A stretch of 64,000 nt of DNA from contig CAWDTA010000005.1 of NCBI GenBank assembly GCA_963805085.1, positions 96,001 to 160,000 of the forward strand, read 5' to 3'. The position numbers and the translations under genes are program-made. Positions 1 to 9,451 of this stretch are shown here, piece after piece. Below the pieces are notes generated by a model. It had not been told where the DNA came from. It ran no database searches and saw only the letters and a list, made by a program, of their open reading frames with translations. This stretch comes from an uncultured Veillonellaceae bacterium (lineage in GTDB: Bacteria > Bacillota > Negativicutes > JARBTT01). The stretch's first letter is position 1. The number at the start of each line of letters is the position of its first letter.

Positions 1-153
1 AATGACAACGAGAAACATTTCTTTGAAAGCTGGGGTAATGCTTAATTTGATAAATTCATCTACTAAAATCATATGGCCAGTACTACTGATTGGCAACCAT
101 TCTGTAATACCTTCTACGATTCCAAGAAATATTACTTTCAACATCTCTAACAC
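1..153 (-). CDS. uppP: Undecaprenyl-diphosphate phosphatase, N-terminal part (runs off window start)
   Basis: Manual translation from GTG at 153: [31 protein letters not shown], the BacA/UppP signature [14 protein letters not shown]; AAGGAG RBS upstream. Confidence 0.93.
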   Translation of the reverse strand, partial: MLEMLKVIFLGIVEGITEWLPISSTGHMILVDEFIKLSITPAFKEMFLVVI

Positions 154-501
154 TAATATAACAACTCCTTAACATACAAAAATTACATATAAAGAGATTC
201 TACTCTATGTTTTATAAATATGCAATCTTTCTGATGTTATTTGCGAAGAAAAATCATAACAAAAATTTAAAAGATAGAATAGATGTCATTGTAGAAAATA
301 TTCTCTCCAAAAAAGCTGTGCAAATAAAGAGGCCTTAGTGATTATGTTTTATTGCAATCAAAATGAAACTGCGCTATATTTTAAATAACTACTATTTATA
401 TTATTTAATAGCAAAGATAAATATGAATGCGTTTTCGTGTCATATTTATTGAAATTATTTTTCAGCTAAAAAGTAAATTCATTTTTATAGGAGCGTTAGT
501 A

Positions 502-813
502 TTGAATAAAATAGAACTAGAAAAAGAAGCGATGCATAAGATGTTAGCTATCTATTGTAAGAGTAAACACCATCAAGCTGGTTTATGTGAGAAGTGTACA
601 GCATTATTAGCTGAAGTTCATAGACGCTTAGAGCATTGTCGATTTGGTGATAATAAACCAGCTTGTGGGAGTTGTAACATAAATTGCTATCGTGGTGACA
701 AGTTTAAAGAAGTGGCTGCGATTATGCGTTATTCAGGACCAAGGATGTTATTTTATCACCCGATTCTCGCAATACAGCATTTGATTGATGTAAAATTTAA
801 AAATAAACGGTAG
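502..813 (+). CDS. YgbA-like (nitrous oxide-stimulated promoter family) Cys-rich protein
   Basis: IYC..HH..LC..C...RL.HC.FG..KP.C..C...CY...IMRYSGPRML..HP pattern; AGGAG RBS before TTG at 502 (ORF track start 427). Confidence 0.8.
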   Translation: MNKIELEKEAMHKMLAIYCKSKHHQAGLCEKCTALLAEVHRRLEHCRFGDNKPACGSCNINCYRGDKFKEVAAIMRYSGPRMLFYHPILAIQHLIDVKFKNKR

Positions 814-889
814 TATTATACTTTAAGCACAATCATAGTCTAAAAAGAATAACCTAATAGTGGAAGTAAGTATTAGGAGAAATTTTTAA

Positions 890-1076
890 ATGTCAGATTG
901 TTGTTGTGACTATCATCATAACAACAATTGTTATCCAAAATGTCAGCATGAATGTGAGCGTAGGTGCCCGGCATGTGGTCATTCATTTATGTCCATGGGA
1001 TTGTCATATGTGTTTAACATGTGGCCATCATTTTAGTCATAAACATGAGTGTTCCCATTGTCATTGTGAGTTCTAA
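890..1076 (+). pseudogene. Cys/His-rich small protein, copy 1, frameshifted by a 4-nt TCAT duplication
   Basis: AGGAG RBS, ATG 890, MSDCCCDYHHNNNCYPKCQHECERRCPACGH; TCAT-TCAT at 979-986 shifts the frame away from LCPWDCHMCLTCGHHFSHKHECSHCHCEF*; second copy at 13633-13819. Confidence 0.7.
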
Positions 1077-1108
1077 GTGAAAATACTCCAATGAAGCATA
1101 AAGAAAAA

Positions 1109-1150
1109 TACGCTAAATAAGTCCTGTAAAAGCAGGGCTTATTTAGCGTA
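1109..1150. terminator. Hairpin between convergent genes, probable terminator
   Basis: tacgctaaataagtcctg-taaaag-cagggcttatttagcgta inverted repeat. Confidence 0.7.
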
Positions 1151-1206
1151 TAATCAAGGCAAATACATGGCATGGTGACTAGTAGTATTTATTCATATTC
1201 CTTGAG

Positions 1207-3198
1207 TTAAACTCGGAATTTATTGACCTCTGTCTGTAAATCCTGAGCTAGCGTAGCAAGGCTCTGACTGGAGGAAGCGATTTCTTCCATTGATGCAGAT
1301 TGTTCCTCGGTTGCAGCTGATATTGATTGGGTTTGTCCCGATATATCATGACTAATTTGTTCTGATTTTCGCATTGATTCGAGTATCGTTTGGCTTGCGA
1401 TTACCAGTTGATTCATGTCGTCGGCTGATCCTTGCGCTATTGTTGCAACTTCACTTATATGTTTATCAATATCCCGGAATGCTTCACCGGCTTGAATGAC
1501 GATGTCAGATCCTTGTCGTACTTCCTGTGTTCCGTCAATCATCACTTTAACAGCATCTTCTGTTTTACTTTGTATATCGCCAATAATACCTGAGATCTGC
1601 TTCGCCGCCTCTTGAGACTGTTCCGCTAGTTTACGTACTTCGTCGGCTACTACTGCAAAGCCTCGCCCTTGTTCTCCTGCTCTTGCCGCTTCTATTGCTG
1701 CATTGAGTGCTAACAGATTCGTTTGTCCGGCAATGTTGGAAATTGTTTCAACAATTTGCCCGATTTTCTTGGAGTATTCACCTAGTTCACCAACCACATT
1801 CGCTGAATTGTCGACTGCTTTTCTAATATTATTCATTTGGTTAATAGCAGTGCTGACCGTCTCATCGCCTATTTTTGCTGAATTTACTGCACCGCCAACT
1901 ATGGTTACCGTGTTTTGTGTTTTATTGGATTGTTGCTGCATTTCTGCTGCAATTTTTTCTACCATTGTCATTGCTTTATATATTGTAGTAGATTGGTCTT
2001 CAACCGCTGTAGCAGTTTCACTAATAGAAATGGCCACAGAGTTGGCAGCTTGGGCAGATTGCTCAGCACTCGCAGTCAATTCTTCAGAGGAAGCCGCAAC
2101 TTGTTCTGAAGAAGAACCAATTTTATGTACTAAACCACGCAGATTTTTGACCATGGTTTCAAAAGCCAAAGCCAGATGTCCGAGTTCGTCCTTACTGGAT
2201 ACTGTAATTTTTGATAGACTGAGATCACCACTAGCAATACAATTTGCTGCCTTCTCAAGTATTTTAATCGGTTTGCTAATTTGCTCTGCAATATAGAAAA
2301 TAACACCAGATACAATCAGTAATACAATAAGAATGGTTATGAGCGTGATCCAAGTAAATGAGCTTAAAACGGCAGTTGTTTCTTTTACCGGAACTGTAAT
2401 CCATATTGACCAATTTGTTCCGCTAATTGGTTCATATGATAAATATTTTTCTCCAACGGAATACTTATTGATTATAGTTCCGGATGTTCCATTCATTGCG
2501 TTTTCCATTGCTATTTTTAATTCCGCTGAGCTGTTAGGGTCGGTAAGGGCGTTGAAGTTATTTACGAGATCTTTGGTTGGATGAAAAATGGTTAAGCCAT
2601 CTTTTCGTACAATATGAGCAGTACCCGTTTCATATAATTTTATATCACTAATAAATTTTTGTAAAAAATCTACTTTGGTTACACCAAAAAGCATTCCTGT
2701 GATGCGATCACCATTTTTGACTGGCATCGAAATTGCAACAACCTGATTTCCTGTTTTTTCGGCAATAGATGGATCAGATATCATTGTTTCTCCATTCATT
2801 GCTGATTTAAAGAAAGGAGCTTTACTGATATTTCCAGCTTCTCCATGAGAGTCAATTAAGTTACCAGATGTGTCAGACCAAACGATTGCTTCATAAAGGT
2901 CTTTATTTTTATTTAATTCTGATGCAAGATAAGTTTGAATGGTACTACGATCTCCATTCGTAATAATTGGCGAGCGGGATATAGTCGCCAATTCCGTTTT
3001 GCTGTTATTTAAAATAGCAGAGATTTCGATTGATGTTGATTTTGCTAAAGAGGAAATTTCGTTTTGAACATTATTTTGTATGAGTTTTTTTGCTTGCCAA
3101 TAGTTTAGTCCGGATAAAATGCCAAGTGAAAAAATAAATAGAGTAATAATCACCACAGCCAACTTTGTTCTAATACGATTAATGTTAAACACCTCCAA
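1207..3198 (-). CDS. Methyl-accepting chemotaxis protein (dCache sensor, HAMP, MA domain)
   Basis: Two TM helices flanking a Cache-like region; [38 protein letters not shown] signature; true start uncertain (see findings). Confidence 0.95.
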   Translation of the reverse strand: MEVFNINRIRTKLAVVIITLFIFSLGILSGLNYWQAKKLIQNNVQNEISSLAKSTSIEISAILNNSKTELATISRSPIITNGDRSTIQTYLASELNKNKDLYEAIVWSDTSGNLIDSHGEAGNISKAPFFKSAMNGETMISDPSIAEKTGNQVVAISMPVKNGDRITGMLFGVTKVDFLQKFISDIKLYETGTAHIVRKDGLTIFHPTKDLVNNFNALTDPNSSAELKIAMENAMNGTSGTIINKYSVGEKYLSYEPISGTNWSIWITVPVKETTAVLSSFTWITLITILIVLLIVSGVIFYIAEQISKPIKILEKAANCIASGDLSLSKITVSSKDELGHLALAFETMVKNLRGLVHKIGSSSEQVAASSEELTASAEQSAQAANSVAISISETATAVEDQSTTIYKAMTMVEKIAAEMQQQSNKTQNTVTIVGGAVNSAKIGDETVSTAINQMNNIRKAVDNSANVVGELGEYSKKIGQIVETISNIAGQTNLLALNAAIEAARAGEQGRGFAVVADEVRKLAEQSQEAAKQISGIIGDIQSKTEDAVKVMIDGTQEVRQGSDIVIQAGEAFRDIDKHISEVATIAQGSADDMNQLVIASQTILESMRKSEQISHDISGQTQSISAATEEQSASMEEIASSSQSLATLAQDLQTEVNKFRV

Positions 3199-3248
3199 TG
3201 GATAATGAATCGATAGTATTGTTCTTGGCTCTATAGATGAGTGATAGC

Positions 3249-3303
3249 GATAGAGCGATACATTGTTAATTTACGTTTTAGCTTAACAATGTATCGCTCT
3301 ATC
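3249..3303. terminator. 21-bp perfect-stem hairpin between porin and MCP genes
   Basis: gatagagcgatacattgttaa / ttaacaatgtatcgctctatc; no clear U-tract, so may stabilise mRNA or partially terminate. Confidence 0.55.
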
Positions 3304-3314
3304 AAATTATTAAT

Positions 3315-4391
3315 TTAGAAGAAAAAGTCTATTTGGGCACGGAATTTATCTTCTTTAGTATTTGTGCTCAATTCTTTGACGTCATCGTACCAGATGGTAA
3401 GCATTGAGCTCATACAAGGAACGTAATGGAATCCATAGCGAATACCTTTTTGATTAGCAGCTAAAGGTATATCATTTCCGATAATTGAATTTGTTTCTAG
3501 ATTATGATAAGTAACAAAAGTATCATAGGAATGAATTTTCCATGGATTAGCGCCCTTATATGTTAGTTTTGCATAAGATCCAGTATTATCCGACTCTGCA
3601 GTAGATCTGACTTGTGCGCATTCGAAGCTAAGGTCTTTACTGATCTTTGTATCAAAGCCATACTCTGTGAAACTGAGTTCGGGACTGCTAAATAGTACTT
3701 CTTTAGGAATGGCCACAGAACCTTTTTGGTAAGAGGCTCTAATATTGGTAATTTGAGAAACTGGAACTACAACATCAATTGCATGATATGAACTTGTTTG
3801 CATAGTTCCATCGGCAGTGCTTAGTGACGAGTTGTTACTAGTTCCTGGCCAATATGGAGTATTTTCACCAGTTACTATAGTAGTTTTTACTACTTTACCA
3901 AAAGAAATAAGACCACCGCTGACCTCTTGATAGTTACCATGAACTAATCCGTAAGTAGGCATATAAGTAAAGCGACCAAGTTTTACGGTGGTTCCATCAA
4001 ACTCTCCATCGACATGAACTTGAAAAACAGGCCAGTTCCAGTCATGTAATACGCCATCAGGAGAATAAGAAAAAGGTACATCATTTCTTAGGTTTCGGTG
4101 AAATTCACTTTCAGTTATAACTGAAAGTTGATCATTTATCTTTGCTGAAATTTTTAAATTTACCATGCTATCAAAATCTGTAACACCTTTACCTTGGGTA
4201 TGCTCATATCTAGTACCGAAAATACCAGATATTTTGATTTTTTCATCAGTTGTAGTTTTAGTATCAGTGGCAACGGTGTTATTAGTTACAGCTTTTGTAT
4301 CAGTTGCCACTGTGGTATCAGCTGCAAAGGTATTGCCACCAATACCAAGTAGTAATATAGCCGTTAAAAGTGTGATTGATTTTTTCTTCAT
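3315..4391 (-). CDS. Negativicutes-type outer-membrane porin (OmpM-like beta-barrel without SLH)
   Basis: Sec signal MKKKSITLL..TFAA, alternating beta-strand pattern, C-terminal KFRAQIDFFF; resembles the barrel of the SLH porin at 52370; GGAGG RBS before ATG 4391. Confidence 0.75.
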   Translation of the reverse strand: MKKKSITLLTAILLLGIGGNTFAADTTVATDTKAVTNNTVATDTKTTTDEKIKISGIFGTRYEHTQGKGVTDFDSMVNLKISAKINDQLSVITESEFHRNLRNDVPFSYSPDGVLHDWNWPVFQVHVDGEFDGTTVKLGRFTYMPTYGLVHGNYQEVSGGLISFGKVVKTTIVTGENTPYWPGTSNNSSLSTADGTMQTSSYHAIDVVVPVSQITNIRASYQKGSVAIPKEVLFSSPELSFTEYGFDTKISKDLSFECAQVRSTAESDNTGSYAKLTYKGANPWKIHSYDTFVTYHNLETNSIIGNDIPLAANQKGIRYGFHYVPCMSSMLTIWYDDVKELSTNTKEDKFRAQIDFFF

Positions 4392-4541
4392 AAATTTTTG
4401 CCTCCGCTTCAAATATAATTAGTGTGTTGTTTATTCAATTAAATGCAGGCAGCGTATGTTTGACTGAACTTAATTGAAAAGAAGAAATATTTGCAAATTT
4501 ACAAGCAAATATATCCAGTGTTATGAAAAGCATGAATTAAT

Positions 4542-4655
4542 AATAAAAATAAGTTATACATGTATAATCAATATTTTAGAGTGGATTAGGGGGTAAAAAC
4601 AAATAATCTATTTCACACTTAAAATGCAAATTATTATTTCATAAATAATAGTTAT
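4542..4655 (-). promoter_or_regulatory. Duplicated promoter/operator region, copy A (upstream of porin-MCP)
   Basis: ~114-bp segment aligns by eye with 11364-11476; TTGTTT..TAAAAT on - strand and palindrome TTATACATGTATAA. Confidence 0.7.
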
Positions 4656-6470
4656 TTATTTTTGTGAAAAATGATGAATTGTTGCTAAAAGACAGCCAAG
4701 CGTTATGAGGATACAACCTAACCATACAAGGAAAATGAATGGTTTAAAGCTAATCTCAAAGCTTTGATCATTTCCAGCGATATAGAAATCACCTGATAAT
4801 GTACTATAAATTGCCGGCTCTTTTGCGGCAATTGTACCAAGATCGTTGAGCTTGTTCGTTATGGAAATTGTATTGCCGTCAATAGAGAAGTTTTGCTTCA
4901 TTTCATTATGGCTGTCATTGATGGTTTTGCTTTGGTAGGTAATTGGTAGAGTGTATACTGTTTGAGTTTCGCCAACAGCAAGAGAGAAGGTTTCTTGCTG
5001 CGCCGCTACGGATGAAAAAAGGATGCCGATGCATAAAAAGGCTAGGCCGATATGAGAGAGTATGGCTGCTAGTGAAAGCTGCCGTTTAATGATATGAATA
5101 GCAATTACAGCCATAGCAAGACTGATCGTAAGGAGATAGAGTGGGTGAACAATTCCATAATAGAGGCAAAAAATAACACCAATAAAAAATGGAATAGCAA
5201 GAAAGAGGTATCGTTTATAGTTGATATTCTTTATCTGGCCCCAGGCTACGATTGGACTGAAAATAAGCAGTACCAGCAAGAGTGCAACCAAAGGCAAGGT
5301 AGAATTATTGTAGAAATTCGTACTGACATTGGTTGCATTCCCAAGAAAATTTGTGATGAGCGGTGTTGACATACCAATCAAGACTAAAAGTGCAAGTCCT
5401 AAAAACAGAATAGAACCGGCGGTGATCATGAATTCTCTGCTTGTGAAGTTTTGATATAGCGGTGCGGTATAGACGGACCCCCACTTAAATACTAAAACGA
5501 GTGTAGCGGCGAAGATTACGATAAATATCGATATTCCAAGAAGATAGGCCGAATCATCTCCACTAAAGGCATGAACAGAAAAATCATTTAAGATGCCACT
5601 GCGTGTTAGGAAAGTACCATAAAGCACAAGGATAAAACTATAAATTGCTGAAAAATACGTAAAGCGAAAAGCGCCAGGTTTTATTTTTGCCAGTTGTAGT
5701 AGATGAATGAGTGCGCCGCTAACGAGCCAGGGAACAAGGGAGGAATTTTCGACGGGATCCCAGCCCCAGTATCCTCCCCAACCTAGTGTTTTATAGGCCC
5801 AATAGCCACCGATAAAAATTCCGGCACCAAGAAATGTCCACGAAAAAAGAGCCCAGGGTAGAGCTTTATCTATCCAGTCTTTATGCTTAGTGCTTATGAG
5901 TCCGCCAATGGCATAAGCAAATGGAATCGCAAGGGTAGCATAGCCAATAAAAATGATTGGTGGATGAATGACCATCCAAAAATTTTGTAATAAAGGATTG
6001 AGACCCATGCCATCAGGGTAGGCAGGACCAAGCATAAATGGATTTTTAATGATTAAGAGGATTACAAGGAGTGTTTGTACCATAACATAGGCGATAAAAG
6101 CCGGCTGGTTCATAGATTGGTTTTTCTGAAAATATAAGCCAAGTACAGCATGGATAAGAAGCCAAAGCAAAAAAGAACCTTCTTGTCCTGCCCAGAAAGC
6201 GGCAATTTTGTAGGACAGCCCTAACGAATGTGATGAATAACTCCATACATAAAAATATTGAAATTTATCAGTTAAAATAACGTACATGAGAAAGATGCTA
6301 GATATTATAATGCAAATAACTGATAGCTTATAGGAAAAATCAGCTAACGAAAATGTTGGTTTGCTGTCTGATTTTTTTTTACTATCATCCTTTGCAAAGC
6401 GAGAGATGTACGCAATAAAGGAAATAATGCTCGTGATACAAGCTAGAAATAAAGAAATAACACCGATCAT
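4656..6470 (-). CDS. ccmF: Cytochrome c biogenesis heme lyase CcmF
   Basis: FWAGQEGSFLLW, GLNPLLQN..MVIHPP, WAY.TLGWGGYWGWDPVENSS, GTFLTRSG..SVHAF motifs. Confidence 0.95.
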   Translation of the reverse strand: MIGVISLFLACITSIISFIAYISRFAKDDSKKKSDSKPTFSLADFSYKLSVICIIISSIFLMYVILTDKFQYFYVWSYSSHSLGLSYKIAAFWAGQEGSFLLWLLIHAVLGLYFQKNQSMNQPAFIAYVMVQTLLVILLIIKNPFMLGPAYPDGMGLNPLLQNFWMVIHPPIIFIGYATLAIPFAYAIGGLISTKHKDWIDKALPWALFSWTFLGAGIFIGGYWAYKTLGWGGYWGWDPVENSSLVPWLVSGALIHLLQLAKIKPGAFRFTYFSAIYSFILVLYGTFLTRSGILNDFSVHAFSGDDSAYLLGISIFIVIFAATLVLVFKWGSVYTAPLYQNFTSREFMITAGSILFLGLALLVLIGMSTPLITNFLGNATNVSTNFYNNSTLPLVALLLVLLIFSPIVAWGQIKNINYKRYLFLAIPFFIGVIFCLYYGIVHPLYLLTISLAMAVIAIHIIKRQLSLAAILSHIGLAFLCIGILFSSVAAQQETFSLAVGETQTVYTLPITYQSKTINDSHNEMKQNFSIDGNTISITNKLNDLGTIAAKEPAIYSTLSGDFYIAGNDQSFEISFKPFIFLVWLGCILITLGCLLATIHHFSQK

Positions 6471-6844
6471 TGCTGAGTTTCTCCTTTTCGTTCATATTTT
6501 GATGGACATTTAACCAATAGCTTATCCGCTTGAAACTGACCATCTTTGTATTTGCCAATCGCAACAATACTGTCGGCGTGTTCGAAATTATCAGGTTTTA
6601 AACCATGATAAGAAACTGGTACTTTATCACCTGCTTCATCCATTAGGAAGAAATGCAATTGCTGCGCTTCATAGGTAATGGTTTCTGTAGCTTTTACCAG
6701 CGTTCCCTTCACTTGTACGGTAGATTTACTGGCTTTGGCTTCGGCAAAACTTACATAAGGGTTAAGGGAGGTACTGAACTCCATGAGTGCATAAACCGCA
6801 AATAGTGCAATGGAAAATAAGATAATCCCATGTCGTTTATTCAT
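6467..6844 (-). CDS. ccmE: Heme chaperone CcmE, CxxxY variant
   Basis: N-terminal TM, OB-fold-like body, LLVKCPSKYE in place of LAKHDENY; inside ccm cluster. Confidence 0.9.
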   Translation of the reverse strand: MNKRHGIILFSIALFAVYALMEFSTSLNPYVSFAEAKASKSTVQVKGTLVKATETITYEAQQLHFFLMDEAGDKVPVSYHGLKPDNFEHADSIVAIGKYKDGQFQADKLLVKCPSKYERKGETQQ

Positions 6845-7458
6845 AACTTGATTCCTCGCTTAAATAAAAGTTTGAAAAATATGCAGGTTATATTGCATAG
6901 TGCAGCGATTAGGACATAAAGCATGATTTGGTCCATAGAGATTTTGCCACTGTTATTTAAAAGTGGCTCCGGATGCAGAGAAAAATAATAGCGAGGAATG
7001 ACAAAAACAAGAAATGGCATCGTTACGCAAGAGAATAGAGAATAAATGGCGGATATCTTTGCTCGAACTTCTTCGTCTACGATCGAGGTTCGCAGAGCGA
7101 AATAAGCACCGTAGATAAGCAGTAGAATAAAGATGGTGATTTGTCTTGGATCCCAGTTCCAGTAAGCGCCCCAGGTTAGCTTTGCAAAGATTGCCCCGCT
7201 TATCGTTGCCATCAGACAAAAGAGAAAGCCTAAATATGCCGAACGGCTACTGATTGTATCGTATTTTAAAGCACGTGTTTTTAAGTAACGAAAAGCCCAC
7301 CAGGCGGAAAGTAAAAAAGCAAGTACCGATACCCAAGCAACTGGAATATGAAAATAAGCGATGCGGACAAGATTGCCAAGACCTTCGGCAGGCGGTACCA
7401 GATAAAAGACAGCCCAGACCACTATTGTAGTAAAAAGTGCAATAAAAATATTAATCAT
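6841..7458 (-). CDS. ccmC: Heme exporter/cytochrome c biogenesis protein CcmC
   Basis: IAYFHIPVAW, WGAYWNWDPR WWD motif, SLHP. Confidence 0.92.
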   Translation of the reverse strand: MINIFIALFTTIVVWAVFYLVPPAEGLGNLVRIAYFHIPVAWVSVLAFLLSAWWAFRYLKTRALKYDTISSRSAYLGFLFCLMATISGAIFAKLTWGAYWNWDPRQITIFILLLIYGAYFALRTSIVDEEVRAKISAIYSLFSCVTMPFLVFVIPRYYFSLHPEPLLNNSGKISMDQIMLYVLIAALCNITCIFFKLLFKRGIKL

Positions 7459-7472
7459 TATAAAAATCCTTT

Positions 7473-8150
7473 CTAATCGTACCAGATGTAATCAAATAGT
7501 ATAGAAGCAACGCCAATCAGAACCATATCATAAGCACCGACGAAGAGTAGCTGTCGCTGCATAGTAAACGAATTTGGAGTAAAGGTAGTTTCAGTAAGTT
7601 GAATGCATAATAAAAAAAGCGGCAGGATAATAGGAAAACTCAGTATGGTAAATAACGAAGTCTGACTTTGCGTGTAAATAATCATCGAAGCAGTCAGTGT
7701 CGTAACAATCGCAATACCAGCATTTCCGGCTAATAAAATAAGCAATAAGAAAAAAGGATGATAGATTTCTACGTTTAATAAAATAATGAATAAAGGAAGT
7801 AAAAATAGTGTTAAAACATTCAATAAAAGAAAATTGTAAATGAATTTGCCGAATAAAACTGGTTGACTTGTGCCATAAGCGCGGAGCGTATGGATTGTTC
7901 CTGAAACCTGTTCCTGTAAAAAAACGCGCGACAAACCTGCCATGGCTGAAAAAAATAAAATAATCCAGAAAAGAATGGCTAAGAATTTCGCATCTAATGC
8001 TTGATTGCCGATGGACATACTAATGACAGATAAGGTTGTCAGAGAAAACATGAGCAGTGAGTTTATTGCATAATGGGAACGAAACTCTGTTTTGAATTCT
8101 TTTTGTAAAATAAGATTTATTTTATGTAAGGTGGATGACTGAATCTGCAT
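7473..8150 (-). CDS. ccmB: Heme exporter permease CcmB
   Basis: KEFKTEFRS, LFWIILFFSAMAGLSRVF..E...GT, LSFPIILP pattern; position in ccm cluster. Confidence 0.88.
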   Translation of the reverse strand: MQIQSSTLHKINLILQKEFKTEFRSHYAINSLLMFSLTTLSVISMSIGNQALDAKFLAILFWIILFFSAMAGLSRVFLQEQVSGTIHTLRAYGTSQPVLFGKFIYNFLLLNVLTLFLLPLFIILLNVEIYHPFFLLLILLAGNAGIAIVTTLTASMIIYTQSQTSLFTILSFPIILPLFLLCIQLTETTFTPNSFTMQRQLLFVGAYDMVLIGVASILFDYIWYD

Positions 8151-8742
8151 AATTTACCTCCGAGGGTTCATTTGTTGCTAGAAAAACAGTACGGTTTTCA
8201 TTGCAAGCGGTTTGAATAAGGCGTTGTATTAGCTGGTGTCCTGATTCATCTAAATTGGAAGAAGGTTCGTCTAGAAACCATACAGTTTTATCTGCGGCAA
8301 CGAGCAGAGCTAATTTAAGACGTTGTTTCATGCCGGTAGAAAAATTCTTTATTTGCTGATCTGGCTGTACAGAAAGTTGTACTGTTTCTAACAGGTTAGC
8401 TATGGAAACAGTAGATAAATTAATTCCGGTGATACCTGCAAAAAATTTAAGGTTTTCTTCAGCCGTTAATGAATCATATAATTGCATTTCTGGCATCACG
8501 AAAGCAGTATGCGTGCGAAATTCGGTTATTGATACTTCTTTTTGCATATGAAGATAGGAAATAGCACCCGATGAAGGGGCTATATTGCCTGCAATGATTT
8601 TTAAAAACGTAGATTTACCTGAACCGTTGTTTCCAGTGATACAGGTACAAGAGCCAGCGGTGATTTTCCCAGAAAGATTATGATATAAAGAATTTGTATG
8701 AAATTTTTTAGTAATATTGGTAAAGATAATATCAATGCTCAT
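8122..8742 (-). CDS. ccmA: Heme exporter ABC ATPase CcmA
   Basis: Walker A GNNGSGKS, signature FSTGMKQR, Walker B WFLDEP; overlaps ccmB. Confidence 0.88.
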   Translation of the reverse strand: MSIDIIFTNITKKFHTNSLYHNLSGKITAGSCTCITGNNGSGKSTFLKIIAGNIAPSSGAISYLHMQKEVSITEFRTHTAFVMPEMQLYDSLTAEENLKFFAGITGINLSTVSIANLLETVQLSVQPDQQIKNFSTGMKQRLKLALLVAADKTVWFLDEPSSNLDESGHQLIQRLIQTACNENRTVFLATNEPSEVNYADSVIHLT

Positions 8743-8825
8743 TAAAATACTCCCTATAGTAAGATAAGACCATACTTTTTAAGGAATGGTCTTGTCTTTT
8801 TATTTATGAGGTTTTTGCTGATGTA

Positions 8826-9383
8826 TTATTTTTTCCAGCTGTCGTCTAATTGATCTAGCCAAGGTGCAGGATGGCATTTTCCACATTCTTCAGTGGATTG
8901 TAGATGATGCACGCTATGACATTTATAGCAATCTGGTGTTTCATTTCCTACATCATGTGTTGAAGCATGCGGATTTGCTTTGCCTAAAGATGCTGTTGTG
9001 TTTTTTACTTTTTCAAAATCATGGCATTTCAGACATAATTCGTTGGAATACTCATATGCGGGCAATGGGTCTTTATAATTACCAGTAATCTGCTTAATGC
9101 CTTCTGTAGCCTGCTGTTCAAAGGAAGGCTCGTGGCAATCATGACAGGTAACATTCGCATCCGCATGTTTTTTTGCTAATAAAGGGCCTTCGTGATAAGA
9201 GGCATAATAGGTTTGCATGTTATGACAGCTAGCACAAAATGCTGGACTTGCACTAACTTTTTCCATAATAGCATAACTGATGCCGCCAATGCATATCATT
9301 GCGACTACGAATAAAAGCATAAATTTAGGCTGCTTGAATTTATCTAGGATCTTTTTAGAGATTTTTTCATCATCTATTGTCAT
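8826..9383 (-). CDS. Membrane-anchored pentaheme cytochrome c, NapC/NrfH-like
   Basis: N-terminal TM helix; five CXXCH motifs (CASCH, CHDCH, CLKCH, CYKCH, CGKCH); first motif reads FCASCHNM. Confidence 0.88.
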   Translation of the reverse strand: MTIDDEKISKKILDKFKQPKFMLLFVVAMICIGGISYAIMEKVSASPAFCASCHNMQTYYASYHEGPLLAKKHADANVTCHDCHEPSFEQQATEGIKQITGNYKDPLPAYEYSNELCLKCHDFEKVKNTTASLGKANPHASTHDVGNETPDCYKCHSVHHLQSTEECGKCHPAPWLDQLDDSWKK

Positions 9384-9451
9384 TTTACGGTCTCCTATAC
9401 AGAAATTTATTAATCTGATAAATTAACATCAAGATACAAGGGGAGCTAAGT

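Noticed and set aside
1050-1064. CSHCH in the Cys-rich peptide as a heme c site served by the neighbouring Ccm system
   Set aside because: No export signal; the motif is expected by chance in a peptide this rich in Cys/His
1703-2584. Long antisense ORFs over the MCP (and similar shadow ORFs over ccmF, flavoprotein, putP, amylopullulanase, amtB)
   Set aside because: Opposite-strand shadows of well-supported genes with no motifs
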